Below the pieces are notes generated by a model. It saw only the letters and a list, made by a program, of their open reading frames with translations. It had not been told where the DNA came from and ran no database searches. Positions 25,930 to 39,100 of a stretch of DNA of 64,000 nucleotides are shown one piece after another. This DNA is from Rhynchobatus australiae (lineage: Eukaryota). The first letter of the stretch is position 1. Every line of letters begins with the position of its first letter. Made by a program: the position numbers and the translations under genes. The stretch spans positions 67,104,385 through 67,168,384 of the forward strand of contig JAUZTB010000107.1 in NCBI GenBank assembly GCA_034780895.1, read 5' to 3'.

Positions 25930-28900
25930 AACAAGAAATAAGAGATTAGGCCATTAGATCCCTTATTCCTGCTCTGCCATTCAACATTATGGCTTAACTT
26001 CTAACTCAACATTATTTTCTTGCCTTATCTCCATATTACTTGTATCCTCCATCATGTAGAAATCTAGCAATCTCTGTTTCAAATATAATCAAGAGTCTCC
26101 ACAGTACTCCAGGATAAAAAATTCCAGACTTTCACCAGACTGTGTGTGAAGATGTTTCTCCTTATTTTAGTTGCAATTGGCTTCTTTTAATTTGAGATTG
26201 TGAACCCTAGTTCTAGATTCCCTTAGTGAAAGGAAATATCACCCCTGCATCTACAGTGATGAGCACTCTAAACATTTTATAAGTTTTAATAGGTCACATT
26301 CTTCTCCACTCAGACCCACCATTCTAGGAACCAGTCTAATGAATGTTTGTTCCACCTTTTCTAAGTATATCCTTTTTTAGGTAAGGGGACTGATACTGTA
26401 AACAATACTCCAGGTCTGGGCTTATAAAAGTCTGATATAATTGAAGCAAGACATCTTTAGTCTTGTGTTCAAATCATCTTGCAACTAAAGGTCAATGTAG
26501 AATTTGCTTCCTAACTGTCTGTACACTTATGCATTAGCTTTCAATGACTTACAAGAACACCCAGGTCCCTTTGAATGTCAACATTTCCCATGTTCTTACC
26601 ATCTGAAAAAACCTCAGCATTTCTGTTATTTTTCTACCAAAGTTGATGACCTCTCATTAGGCCACATTGCATGCCACCTGCCATAATGTTGTCAACTCAC
26701 ATAGCTTGCACATATCCCCTTAAAACATTAGAACATAGAACAGTACAACATAGGAATAGGCCTTCTGTCCCACAACGTCTGTGCCAACCATGATNNNNNN
26801 NNNNNNNNNNNNNNNNNNNNNNNNNNNNNNNNNNNNNNNNNNNNNNNNNNNNNNNNNNNNNNNNNNNNNNNNNNNNNNNNNNNNNNNNNNNNNNACGTCT
26901 GTGCCAACCATGATGCTAAATTAAACTAATTCCACCTGCCTGCACATTGTTTAGATCTCTCAATTCCCTGTCCACGTAACTGTCTTAATGCCTCAAACAT
27001 TGCTATTGTAGCAGTTTCCACCACTTCCGCTGGTACCGTGCTCTAGGCACTTTAGACTCTGTGTAAAAAGAACTTGCCTTGTAAATCTCTTTTAAACCTT
27101 TCCCATTTCACCTTAAAGCTCTGCCCACTACTATTTGACATTTCCACCCTAGGGAAAAAAGACTGACCATTTACCACTTTCATAATTCTATACACTTCCA
27201 TCAGGTTGCCCCTCAGCTTCTGATGCTTCAGAGAAAACAGTCCATGTCTGTCCAACCTCTCCTTGTAGTTAGTACTCTCTTGTCCAGGCAACATCCTGGT
27301 GAACCACTTCTGCACCCTCTCCAAAGGCTCCACACCATTCCTGTAATACAACAACTAGAACTGCACACAGTACTCCAAATGTGGCCTAACCACAGTTTTA
27401 TACAACTGCAATACTACTTCCTGACTTTGAAACTCAATGCCCTGATGAGGACAAGAATGCTGTATGCTTTCTTTACACTCTACTTGTGTTGCCACTTTCA
27501 GGGAGCTATGGATTTGCACCCCAAAATCCCTCATCAGTGGGTCCTGCCACTTACTGTATACTTTCCTCTCGCATTTGATTTCCCAAAGTGCAACACCTCA
27601 CACTTAGCTGGATTAAACTCCATCTGCTACTTCTCTGCCTGTATTTTCAATTGATGTATAATCCTGCTGTACCCTTTGACAACCTTCTTCACTACCCACA
27701 ACTCCACCAATTTTCATGCTATCTGCAAACTTACTAATCAACTCACTCACATTTTCATCAAAATATAGAAATATAAAACTGGTCACAGCACTAATCCCTG
27801 TGGAACACCTTTGGTCACAAACCTCCAGTCAGAATGACACCCCTCCACCACCACTGTCTTCCATAGAACGTAGAACAGTACAGCACAGGAACGGCCCTTT
27901 GGTCCACAATGTTGTGCTGAATTGAAGAACAACATTAACTACTCACCAGTGCTCTGGGACCTCACCTATGGTTAGAGAGGACACAGAGATCTTGGTCAAG
28001 GCCCTAGCAATTTCATCTCTTACCTCACTCAATAACCTAGGGTATATCCCTGCAGACCCTGGAAACTTATCCACCTTAGCACTCTTCAGGAGACCCCACA
28101 CTACCTCCTCCTTTATCTCAAAGTACTTTTGCATATTAGCACACTCCACATTGATCTCACTATCCTCCACACCCTTCTTGGTAAATGCCAATGCAAAGTA
28201 CTCACTTAAGACCTCACCCACCACCTTCACCTCCAAGCACATGTTCCCTCCTTTATCATTGAGTGGCCCTAGTCTCTCCCTAGCTATCCTCTTGCTCTTG
28301 ATATATACATAGAATGCCTTGAGATCCTCTTTGATCCTATTTGCCAAGGGCTTTTCATGGCTCTCCCAATTCCCTTCTCGACTTCCTTATAATCCTCAAG
28401 GGCTCTGTTTGATTTTAGCTTCCTAAGCCTTACATATGCTTCCTTTTCCTTCGTGACTAAATTCGCCACCTCCCTTGTAAGCCAAGGTCTCCTTAACTTA
28501 CCATCCTTGTCCTTCCTTCTTACCGGAACATACCTATCCTGTACCCTGTGCAGTCAGCCTTTAAACACCCTCCACTTGCCAGATGTGGACTTGCCCAAAA
28601 ACAGCTGTTCCCAATCATCTCTCTAGTTCCTGCCTAATGCTCTCATAATTTGCCTTGCCCCAATTTAATACTCTCCTGCAAGGTCCATACTAATCCTTAT
28701 TCATAGTTACCTTAAAATGTAAGGAGTTGTGATCACTGTTTCCTAAATGTACTCCCACTGAAAGGTCAGTCACCAGGCCAGGCTCATTTCCCAATACCAG
28801 GTCCAGTATGGCCCTTCCTCTAGTTGGACTATCTACATACTGATTTAAGGAACACTTTTGGATGCACCTAACAAATTCTGCCCATCTAAATCTCTTGCAC

Positions 28901-29430
28901 GAAGGAGGTTCCAGCCTATATTGGGGAAGTTAAAGTCACCCACGACAATAACCCTATTGTTTTTGCACCTTTCCCTAATCTGCCTTCATATCTGTTCCTC
29001 GATGTCCTGGTGGCTCTGGGAAGCCAATTCTGGATCAGTCAACCATGAGGGTTCTTCTCAGGTGCTCTCCTGCACAAACCTATGCTGACTATCTCTATTA
29101 AATCCATGCTTTTCCAAATGTGAGTAAATCCTACTCCTAAGAAACCAATAATTCCTATCACCAATAATTTCCCACCACTGTTGCATACTCATCACTACTC
29201 ACATTCCCACTTAATTACACATCATCAGCAAACTTGGAAATATGATATTTGGTGCATTCAGCCAAATCGTGACATAGATTGTGAATAGTTGGGGCCTAAA
29301 CACTGATCTTTGAGTACTTCACTAGTCTCAGCCAGTCAACCTGCAAAGGACCCAACTTATTTCTAATCGGTTTTCCACCTTTTGACCAATTCCCAGTCCA
29401 CACAAAAATTTTACCCCCAATTCCACATGC
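25930..29430 (-). mobile_element. Older CR1-like LINE with a younger CR1-like element nested inside (~26722-29020)
   Basis: ORFs with LERVQKWFTRMLPG and DKFPGSAGIYPRLL, endonuclease RVIVVGDFNFPNI at ~28920-28960; a new tail starts at ~26722. Confidence 0.82.
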
Positions 29431-29568
29431 TCCAATCTCATTTCTCCCAAGTTAAAAATATTTATATAATTGCTCTATGTAAAACCTTACTATTTTTAGC
29501 ATATCCATTCCAGGTTCAAGCAGTTTACCAGTGCATATGTATTTGAAATCAATTCTTCTGAGAACTAC

Positions 29569-29681
29569 CTGGTCATAAGCTGAGCCTGCAGAAACTGCTG
29601 ATATTGTATCTGCTGCATCTGGTATAAATTCAATGTAGCCAGTTCCTGTTGCCTCTTCAGTCTTTCCTGATCCAAATCACC
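29569..29681 (-). CDS. GIGYF2: GIGYF2 exon (GDLDQERLKRQQELATLNLYQMQQIQYQQFLQAQLMT)
   Basis: Acceptor attttcag|GGT, donor AG|gtagtt, 113 nt, phase 0-2. Matches GELDQERL.RQQEL..LYQMQ. Confidence 0.94.
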
Positions 29682-32600
29682 CTGAAAATGAGATTAAGTG
29701 TGAATAAAAACAGGTAAGGAAGTACTCAAGTAAGCAACAAAATAAATTGGCTGAAACACCAACTTAAAATTTGATCTGCAGAATTGTTATCAAAACAGAA
29801 AGCAACAGTATTATGCTTACGCTACAAGCGCAACACATTCCTCCATATGGGAAAAGATAAGCAAATTATATGTCAGTCTACCCTATGCTAAATATACACA
29901 TCCCTAATCCTTGCAGTATCTAAACACTTAATGCACAGACTCTATATACTTCTTTCACAAAACAACAAAGAATTATGGCTATTGGTGCACCATGGTCTCC
30001 AAATCCATCTGCTCTGAAGATTGACTCTCCAGTGTATATATTAAAAGAACAAAGCCAAATTAATTTTCCACATATATTTCTGTGGTTTTCTTCTTCAGTA
30101 ATTCAAATCACATCTTAAACATGAACTCTTAAATCTTAGTCAACCATCTTTAACCACATTGTCCATTGAATCTTTAATCTTCATGTACAACCACTGAAGA
30201 AACTCTGGAAAAAGTCATGGACAGTTTGTGCAATATAATTTCATGGAAAGTGTATTGCAGCATAATTACTTCCAGGGTTTACACTTTATTGAAAAAAAAA
30301 TTCAATTCCTCTAGGTCCCACTGAATCTGGCCCTCTGCCCCTCTCGACTACCTGTGGTCTCCTCCTGCACTTACCTGGGCCAAACAGAGAGCAACCATTC
30401 TTGCACTCTGCAGCTAGTAAGGTGTTGAAAGACAATCAGCAGCATGTTGACCTCACCAACATACTACTGAGGTCCTGCTGCCAGGTCACCCTGATGAGTG
30501 CCAAAATATCTGAGACATTACATTCATGTGCAGAGGCATTGGGAAGCTGTGTGCCTCATTCACAATAAATATACAGCTTTCCAAATCAATGTTACAATAT
30601 GCCTGTTGATCTACCTGCCAGCTGCAATGATGTCAGCTATTTTTCATATCTTTCAGGAGTATTTAAAAATACTTTTTGCCCAAAGAAGAAGCTCTTTCCC
30701 ACCATCTCTTCACCATTAAAGGGAGCAAAATCATGCATCTGAATATGGGGAATAAACTACTATTTCTGACCCACGAAGATCTCAATTACAAAGGCAGACC
30801 CACAAAAATAATCAAATTGAGAAACTGAAACATAATCAGATGTGATTATATCTGCAATTGGAACTCTGACATTATTGGAACAATCATTTAGCACCTTATG
30901 ATGAGGCTTCAAGATTCTCCATACCTTCTGGATCTACAACCCTCATGCCCGAGATTGGACCCAATATTGTATCAATGTATTTTCTGTGCATTCTAGTTCA
31001 ACAGGGAATTCATAATGAATAACTTACTTTTTTGAAAGAACTATCACTTTCAGGGTTTCTTTTAAATCATAATACCAAAGGGAAACCTATTACGACTGAA
31101 TTAAACATATTTCCTAATGATTCCATATTACAGGATTTAGTGTGGCTGAGAAATATAAATTAGTATCCATATACAATGCCCCANNNNNNNNNNNNNNNNN
31201 NNNNNNNNNNNNNNNNNNNNNNNNNNNNNNNNNNNNNNNNNNNCTTTGAAATCAGCAGGAAGCTATTGCCAAAATAGGCTAAAAGATTCAATTTTGGGTG
31301 GTAAGTAGCCATTATGAATAAAACCCAAGATTAACAGGCTTTCCATTCATGTAAATAAAGAGCCCACACACATTTCCTATGAGACATGATGACTGTCATC
31401 AAACTAAGTTATAATGTTTATCTTCTTTGATTCAATCACACCTCCAATCCATCTACTGTGATATAATGTTGCTCAATTCACGTCAGGTCTTGCATTACAA
31501 ATATTAACACAATTTGATGCAAGATTGAGGAAATGTGTATCATGGCACAAGAATCTACAATAAGTCATTGAAGGAATGATTGTTCAACTCTCAGGTCACT
31601 TTCATCATGAATGCCAGTATCTTCAATGTCAGTCACCTTTCAGTCAAATGCAATCCCCATCTCATCTTCCCAAGGTACAGTCAGGTCCCAGACATCTCCA
31701 CTCCTACCTGCCTCAAGGCAAGGAAGTGAAGGCCACTGGTGTGCCGTCCAAACTGCAGACAAGGTGCTTGCTTCGAGTTAGTGCCATGTGATCTGCATAG
31801 TCAGTGAGAAAGGGAGTGGGGAATGGGGAATGGGAACCACAAAGGGGAGGCTTCTTTAACAAAAAATGAACAACCTTACACTTGGATGTCAAATCCATGA
31901 ATGGCCTCTTAAGTGGAGAAATGAGCTGCATCACACAACAGATTCTAATGGGTAGGCTGAGACTCTTAGGACTCATAGCCATAGATGCAGTTTTCTGTCT
32001 TCCACTTGTAGAACATATAGCCACATGCTGAGATAATTGTTCCATGCACTGGTGTCTATGTTTGAATAGTAACTTTGTGCCAGATCTTGGCTGCTGCTTT
32101 CCAGAATAGCTGCTGAGATTTTAAGTGCAGTCGTGGTGGTTTTGTCAAGTCTTTGTGAATGAAGTAGCTGGTGCTGCTCATAATTTCTTCTATCTTGCTC
32201 AGGACATTGGAATCATGGCAAATGGTGTGATGTGGGATAGCACTCTGTGCGGCTAGACATGAGGGGTTCCCCTCAGCATGTGCATGGAAGCATTTAGCAG
32301 TCTACCCATGCCCTTTGGCAGCAGTGAAGAATACTGCTTCACTGTGTGGATAATGGTCAGAAATTGTTTAGTGTTAAGATCATGCTAGTCCATGTCATGC
32401 CAGCAACTTTACGCACCAGGTTTACCCTTGTTTTAACTTGCTTGCTGGCTTTAACTTACACGAGACACCTACCTAGGATGACACATCTGTATTTATGGTG
32501 AAGCTTGTGGATAAACTTTCCTTCTGTAGAATGAAGCTCAAGTTCTTTCCCCAGAATAGCTGCTCAGGTAGAACATCGACTCTAATGACTTAACTAGATT

Positions 32601-33299
32601 GGAACAGGATGGGCTTGTGGGAGCAGGGAGGGAGGCAACGGGACATGGCCCAAGGTGGTTCTGTTGGGAGAGAGGCAGACAGAGTTGGGAGGCAGTGGGG
32701 TTAGAGAGTGGTAAACAGACAGGGATGGGAAGAGACAAACGAGCTGGGAACACGATGGAGCCAGGGAGGGCAAAGGTTGCAGAGTAGGCAGTGAGCCACA
32801 CACCAATGTTGAAAGAACTCTCTCTCCATTACCCCTCACTTCATTCTCCTCTATCTCTAGTCTTTGAAACTGACTGTTTTATCTAACCAGGCTCAGTTAT
32901 CAACATCAAACAATTGCAGGAGTGGTCAAGTCTGGACCAGTCTCAGAGATGCTTGCCTGTCATCTTATTCCTCTCTGCTTGCAATATATCAATTAGAAAA
33001 CTTTTACACCTAGCACCAATTATAACCAATCTCTATGATAAAAATCCACACAGTAAGCAATGGCTAAACAAATGAAATTGGGGCTGTGCAAGTAATACAA
33101 TTTTAGGAATTAGTGATTTCAAGCTGAAGGAACTGGAGGAGGTTGCAGAGACTGGCATAAGCCCACAGTGGAAGATGAACACATTGAACATTTAAAATTG
33201 CGTTGGATGTTACTGAAACAACAAATTCTCCATCACAGTATTCCAACTAAAGATAATTCTACTTCTTTTGGAATATTCTGAATCACCCAGTTACACGAA

Positions 33300-33562
33300 T
33301 TCTACATTAATTCCACTTTTATTCTCTCCATATTCTCATCATTTCCCCTCCAGATTCTACTACTCACCTAAACAACAGGGCAATTTGCAGCAGCCAATTA
33401 ACCAACCTGCATATCTTTGGGATGCAAGAGGAAACCAGAGCACCTATAGAAAACCTGTGCTGTAACATGAAGAATGTGCAAACTCCGCAGAGGGCACCTG
33501 AGGTCTGGATTGAATCCGGATCTCTTGCAGTGTTGCAGCGGTTCTACTACCTGTGCCACTGT
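33300..33562 (-). mobile_element. tRNA-derived SINE (HE1/V-SINE-like)
   Basis: Minus-strand 5' end has A-box-like tggcacaggtagt and B-box-like ggattcaatcc; core shared with 48410-48740. Confidence 0.8.
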
Positions 33563-34355
33563 TTAAGCAGTGCAGTAAAAATGCAATTAACTCACAACTG
33601 ATTTAAAAATGCTCAGAAACTCCTAGTTACGTTCCATTATCTCTATTAATTCATTATTCTTAAATCAGCATCAATTTTAAAGCTAAAACATAAATATTAA
33701 AGAATTCACAGAACAAAGTGGGCTAATTCTAGGAGATCTGTGTTATTATTATCCTCACAAGCTTCTCTTCCCATCCATATTCATCTAAACTCATTGGCAT
33801 ATATTTTTTTTAAATTTCAAATGCTTATGTTATTCACCTCAACTATATTTTTCTCCAGAGTTCCCCAATGAACTTATTGATGACCAACTTTTGATTATGT
33901 CCTATATTTTCACATTCCTAACAAGCAAAAACTTTCCTCTTGACTAACTCATCAAATCCCCTTGTAATTTTAAAGGTCCTTATTTGGTCACCTTTCAGCC
34001 TTCCCTCTGCTAGAGAAAAGAGCTTCATAATGGTTTGTTTCTTACAGTAAAAGGACTACATTAATGAAAACTGCTATCATGCCCCAATATAATTAGCCTT
34101 AAAATGTTTTCCAAACTATTATTTTGTTCTTTGTCGAACAGAAAGAATTAAGCAAACATAAACATTATTATAGAGGACTAATCATTGGATAATACCTTTA
34201 CCAATATCTGCAATGAAAATCAAAATGTACATGAGCAACCTATACGTGCAAAATAATTCAATTTTGTTTTAGGTATAAACATCTTGATTTCACACACAGG
34301 TGATCACCAAAATTTAATATTTAGCCATTTCTCATTGTAACATAAATCCTCTTAC

Positions 34356-34522
34356 CAGCAATGGAGGAGGGGAGGGTCCTGGAGCAAAAGGCACTCTGCC
34401 CCACATCTTAATAACCTCTCCCAATGGCTGGAAACCCTCATCACAGCCTCTCTTTACAAGTAAAGACATTGTGAAGTAGCCTGCCTGGAACCATTCTGCC
34501 ATCTCTTGGTTAGTGAAATGCC
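34356..34522 (-). CDS. GIGYF2: GIGYF2 exon encoding the GYF-domain core (GHFTNQEMAEWFQAGYFTMSLLVKRGCDEGFQPLGEVIKMWGRVPFAPGPSPPPLL)
   Basis: Acceptor cactctag|GG, donor CTG|gtaaga, 167 nt, phase 1-0. Contains the MxxWxxxGYF signature. Confidence 0.96.
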
Positions 34523-35029
34523 CTAGAGTGTAGATAAATTAATATACATTTAAAATAATCTACAATTAAGAGCCCAGTCAGTACATTGATATTTCTCAGA
34601 TACTAACACATCAAACAATTTCTATTTCATCCCTGCAAGATTATGCACTGACTTGTGTCTAATACTTCCTTCCCAAATATTTAGCATTGCTTCCCTTTGA
34701 ATTAATGATACTAAAATGTAAAGATAATTAGTAGTTGTAGGTTAACCAAATTTCATGGTTCATATGTTTAACAATTATGAAACTACAATTTTCTAATAAA
34801 AAAATCAAACTAATTATTGACATTACACAGCTACTCAAAATTTAAAACAATGTACCATCTAAGAACTGTTATGTTTAGCACGGAGAGGGGCAAATTCACT
34901 CAAGAAACCAATACTTTGGAGTCTCAGATAAAAAAATTACATGGGTTATGTTTGATGGAGTTAACCACTATGTGAAGAGACATCCAAAGTAACAGACTGG
35001 AGATTATAATCTTATTCTTTATATGTTGT

Positions 35030-36160
35030 TTTCATTTAGGAAGGCAAATGGCACATTGACCTTTAATGCAAAAGGAGTTGGNNNNNNNNNNNNNNNNNNN
35101 NNNNNNNNNNNNNNNNNNNNNNNNNNNNNNNNNNNNNNNNNNNNNNNNNNNNNNNNNNNNNNNNNNNNNNNNNNNNNNNNNNNNNNNNNNNNNNNNNNNN
35201 NNNNNNNNNNNNNNNNNNNNNNNNNNNNNNNNNNNNNNNNNNNNNNNNNNNNNNNNNNNNNNNNNNNNNNNNNNNNNNNNNNNNNNNNNNNNNNNCGAGT
35301 TCAAAAAAATGAGGGGCGATTTTATTGAAACATTTAATCTCCTCAAGAGGGGCGACAGGGTAGATGCCAGCCTCGAACAAGGGAACATTGTTTCAATAAG
35401 GGGGTAGCAATTTAAAAGTGAGGTGAATAGGAATTTCTGCTCACAGAGGTTGAATTGCTGGCACTCTTTGGCCCAGAAGGTTGAGGAGGCTAGATCATTG
35501 GAGATGCTTATATTTAGAGATCAATAAATGTTTGAAAGATTGAAGAATTCAGGGCTCTGGGGAACTGGCAAAAATGTGATTGCTTTCAAAAGGATGCAGA
35601 GAAAATTCACCAGGACTTTTGCCTGGAATGGAATCTTAGTTATGAAGAAAGACTGAATTGGTTGAGTTTGTCGTCTTGGAGCTAAGAAGGTCGAGGGGAA
35701 GACGTGATAGAGGTGTACAAAATTATGAAGGATACAAATAATGTAGAGAGTAGTAAACTTTTCCCCATAGCAGCGGTGTCTCCAGTCAGAGGGCTTAGGT
35801 TTAAGGTAAGGAATAAAAGGGGATATATGAAGAATCTTTTTATCCAGAGGGTGGTTGCAGTTTGGAATGCAATGCCTGAATGGGGATTGGAGACAGAGAC
35901 ACTCATAACTTTTAAATATCCAGACAAGTACTTAAAGTGCTCAGACATTGAAGGCTAGAGACCAAATACTGGTAAATAGGATTAGTAATAGATAGTCAAC
36001 ATGGAGAAGGTAGACCAATGGGCCTGTTTCTGCACTGTACGACTATGACTTTTTAGGAAGAGGTAGTGAAGCCCTCGGTAGATTGGCATGATCATATTGA
36101 ATGAAGGGACATGCCTGAGAGGCCAGATGGCCTACTCCTCATCCTATTTTCTTGTGTTGT
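35030..36160 (+). mobile_element. Two nested or adjacent CR1-like LINE 3' fragments
   Basis: RKANG.L.F..KG, MRGDFIETF, and ORF 35704..35958 IEVYKIMK...FIQRVVAVWNAMP; two tails at ~36050 and ~36155. Confidence 0.82.
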
Positions 36161-39100
36161 TGTACTTATTGTTGGCATCTTACATTTAGTTATAATACAT
36201 ATTATATTTGCAGCTTTAACTTACAAGCCAGTTTAACTTTATCACATTGAATTTTAATGGTCACCAAAAAACTGTACTGAAACACGTACATAAGAGTCTG
36301 AAGCAGGCACCATCAGTAACTGCTCCTAAGCCTCAAGAAAGCAGTATCCATCACTATGGACCCTCACCACCGGGACATACCCTCTTTACATTACTAGGAG
36401 GAGCTNNNNNNNNNNNNNNNNNNNNNNNNNNNNNNNNNNNNNNNNNTTCTTCCCCTCCACCATCAGATTTCTGAATGGTCCATGAACACTACCTCATTAT
36501 TCCTCTTTTGCACTATTTATTTACTTTTGCAACTTATAGTAATTTTCATGTCTTTATTTCTTGCACTGTACTGCTGCCACAAAACAACAAATCTCACAAC
36601 ATGTCAGTGATAATAAACCTGATTCTGATTCCCAGCGTCTCAAATTCTAATTTATAAACAGTGGGAATATATTTGTTCAAAGCCATTATTTCACAAATGG
36701 GATATTCGTGGGAAATGACTTGGCTCTTTAATATGGAAATCTGTTTCATGGTGTTCTGGACCCCTTTCATTAAGTCTCCAATAAAGTTAAATTCCACTGC
36801 TGCAGACATCAAGTTTTCTGCTTCTACCTTAGAGAAATTAATTGATAATTTTCACCTGAACAAGCCACAAGAGACAGAATCTCAAGGATGGAAAATGATA
36901 TTCAGGTACACTTTTGACCCATGTGCAGGAAGAACTTTCGTTGATTTATGAATTTTTGCTCAATGCAAGGTTTTCCCAGAACATAGAATTAGAGAACAAG
37001 TGGAGAAAAAAAAAAGAACTTTCATTTGTAAAACACTTTGTAGGTGTAGCTCACCCCAAAGTATTTAATAGTTGATACATTTCAAGACCTTTGATCGAGA
37101 ATATTTTTTTCCCCTTCTTGGTTCAAACTATAGCAAAGTCACACTGCACAATGGAAAATAAAATTTTAAGATCAGTTCCTGAAAAAGGGAAATTAGATGG
37201 GTAATTGAGATCCTCAAAAGATACAGATTAACAATCAAAAATGCTATTCAAGTCAATGTGAGACAACAGGTAGCCCAGGCAATATTTGCCACCTTTTGAG
37301 CTAAACCTTCAATACTGACATGTTGAAGTAGCTGTATTCACGCAAGCTAAAAATGAACTTTGTTGGTAAGATCTTGTTCTTAAGATCAGTAAACAGTGCA
37401 ACTGACTACCACAAAGAAAGTTAACTAGAGATTCAGAATCTTCCTTCCTGTACAGCTAAGAAAGAAACCCAAAAGTTAGATGGATGAGGGAAAAAAGTGA
37501 GATTGGAAGCTCAGGCCATCTCCTTGCACTACAGGGCTGCAAAATAGCTTCTGCCTTCAGGTCATGTCAGGCACTATATAAATAGAGATTTAGCTTTTCT
37601 CTTAGGTTTACAAATGATTAATTTCCAATAAACTATTGGTCAATGAGTGCATTTAACAAAAGGTATTTGAAAAAGTTTGTGACAATTTTCAAAATGGAGG
37701 CATCTAATCATAATAATCAAACAAATTAACAGTCAATGGGAGGATCGGAATTATGAGGTGTCATAAGTACACAATTTGCACCTTATGCTGCCTTCATGTC
37801 CAGCCACTGATGGATAACAAAGGTGAGAAGGGAAATGCCCAGGATGAAATTTTGGGGTGATCCAAAGATAAAAATATGGGATGAATGCCATGGAGGTGTT
37901 TTAGCTGTGATTTGATAGGTGAGGGCAAATGAAAATGACACAGACTCAGAGCTGGATAACGCAGCAATGTTAAGAACAATATGGTGGAGCATACTATAGG
38001 TAAAGAGAGTGTCAGTTGAGATTGATAAGAACAGTTTCAGTGTTGGGCATGCATTAGACCAGAGACAATGTTCAAAGACTGGAGAGATACAAGATGATAC
38101 AATAGTTTTGGACACAAGAAAGATAAGCAACTTTACAAGGTGAATATAAGTGGCTCATTAATATTACTGGATAGTGCTGGTTGAAGAAAAATGTTGGTTG
38201 AAAGCAATTTTACTCTTTCACATGATGTTGTAGAATATTTTATGGCTAACTGGAAAAAAACAAACAGCCAAGCATCACAGTAAAGCGCTGGTTGGACTGA
38301 TGTATTACATCAATGGTCACCTTCCACCCAAAATACAGGGGTAGATCTACAGCCGAGATTTGCTGCCATCTACTAGCATTTAAGCCCGTAACCACTATTT
38401 CTGAACACAGGCTGCAGCACGGCCTTCTGCTCATTTGATTGCAAGTCTTAGAACACCTACACTGTGCTGGTGGACTTTTCATGAAGTCCACTTCCACAAT
38501 GCCAACTTTGGTAAATTTCTCAGCTCTAAAGCAGGGAAAGCTGCAGAAATGTGCACTAGTCCCATCAAAATGAATGCAAGAAAGCTGATTTAGTTAGTAG
38601 TTTTATTCAGCTGTTAGTATTATTTTCCAAGCCTTTTAATTTCTGCCTCAAAGATCATGTGACAGGCCTTACTGCTCCTTGTCACTACAAAGTTGTGTAT
38701 TACTCAGAAGAATTAATAACTTCTTTCAAAATTTCAGTTAAGCTAATTTAGCACACTATTTGACTACTAATCTGTTACAAAAATGGCAACAAATAGTCAA
38801 TACCAGAAGCCAATGTGAACTACACTGATATTTAAATAAGAGCAACAGTAAGCATTTCAGGTTACAAGACCACAGAGGAAACACAAATTAGTGGCTTGGG
38901 ATTTGGACAGTGAATAATAGGAGTATATTCTCTGATGCTCTGCTGAGCTGAAAGTATATAGAATATTCATTACAATGTACAGCAGGTGGTCTGATAGCAG
39001 ATGAAGGCTCAGAAGTGATGGGGATGTATCAGTGCATGCATTTTCCAGATAACCAGAGCTTCAAGAACAGATTATCGAGGTAAGGAGGGAAGATGGACAA

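Noticed and set aside
19848-29430. Intact autonomous retroelement or domesticated RT gene
   Set aside because: All RT and endonuclease pieces are truncated, frameshifted or gapped; no long ORF.
31560-32850. Relatively GC-richer block with ORFs 31713..32045 and 32538..32839 as a hidden gene or LTR integrase remnant
   Set aside because: No recognisable motif or splice-consistent exon; most likely an old decayed repeat that I cannot assign without a search.
33480-33562. A/B-box sequences as tRNA genes (also 48660-48740)
   Set aside because: They are tRNA-derived SINE heads joined to a SINE core, degenerate, with no cloverleaf evident.
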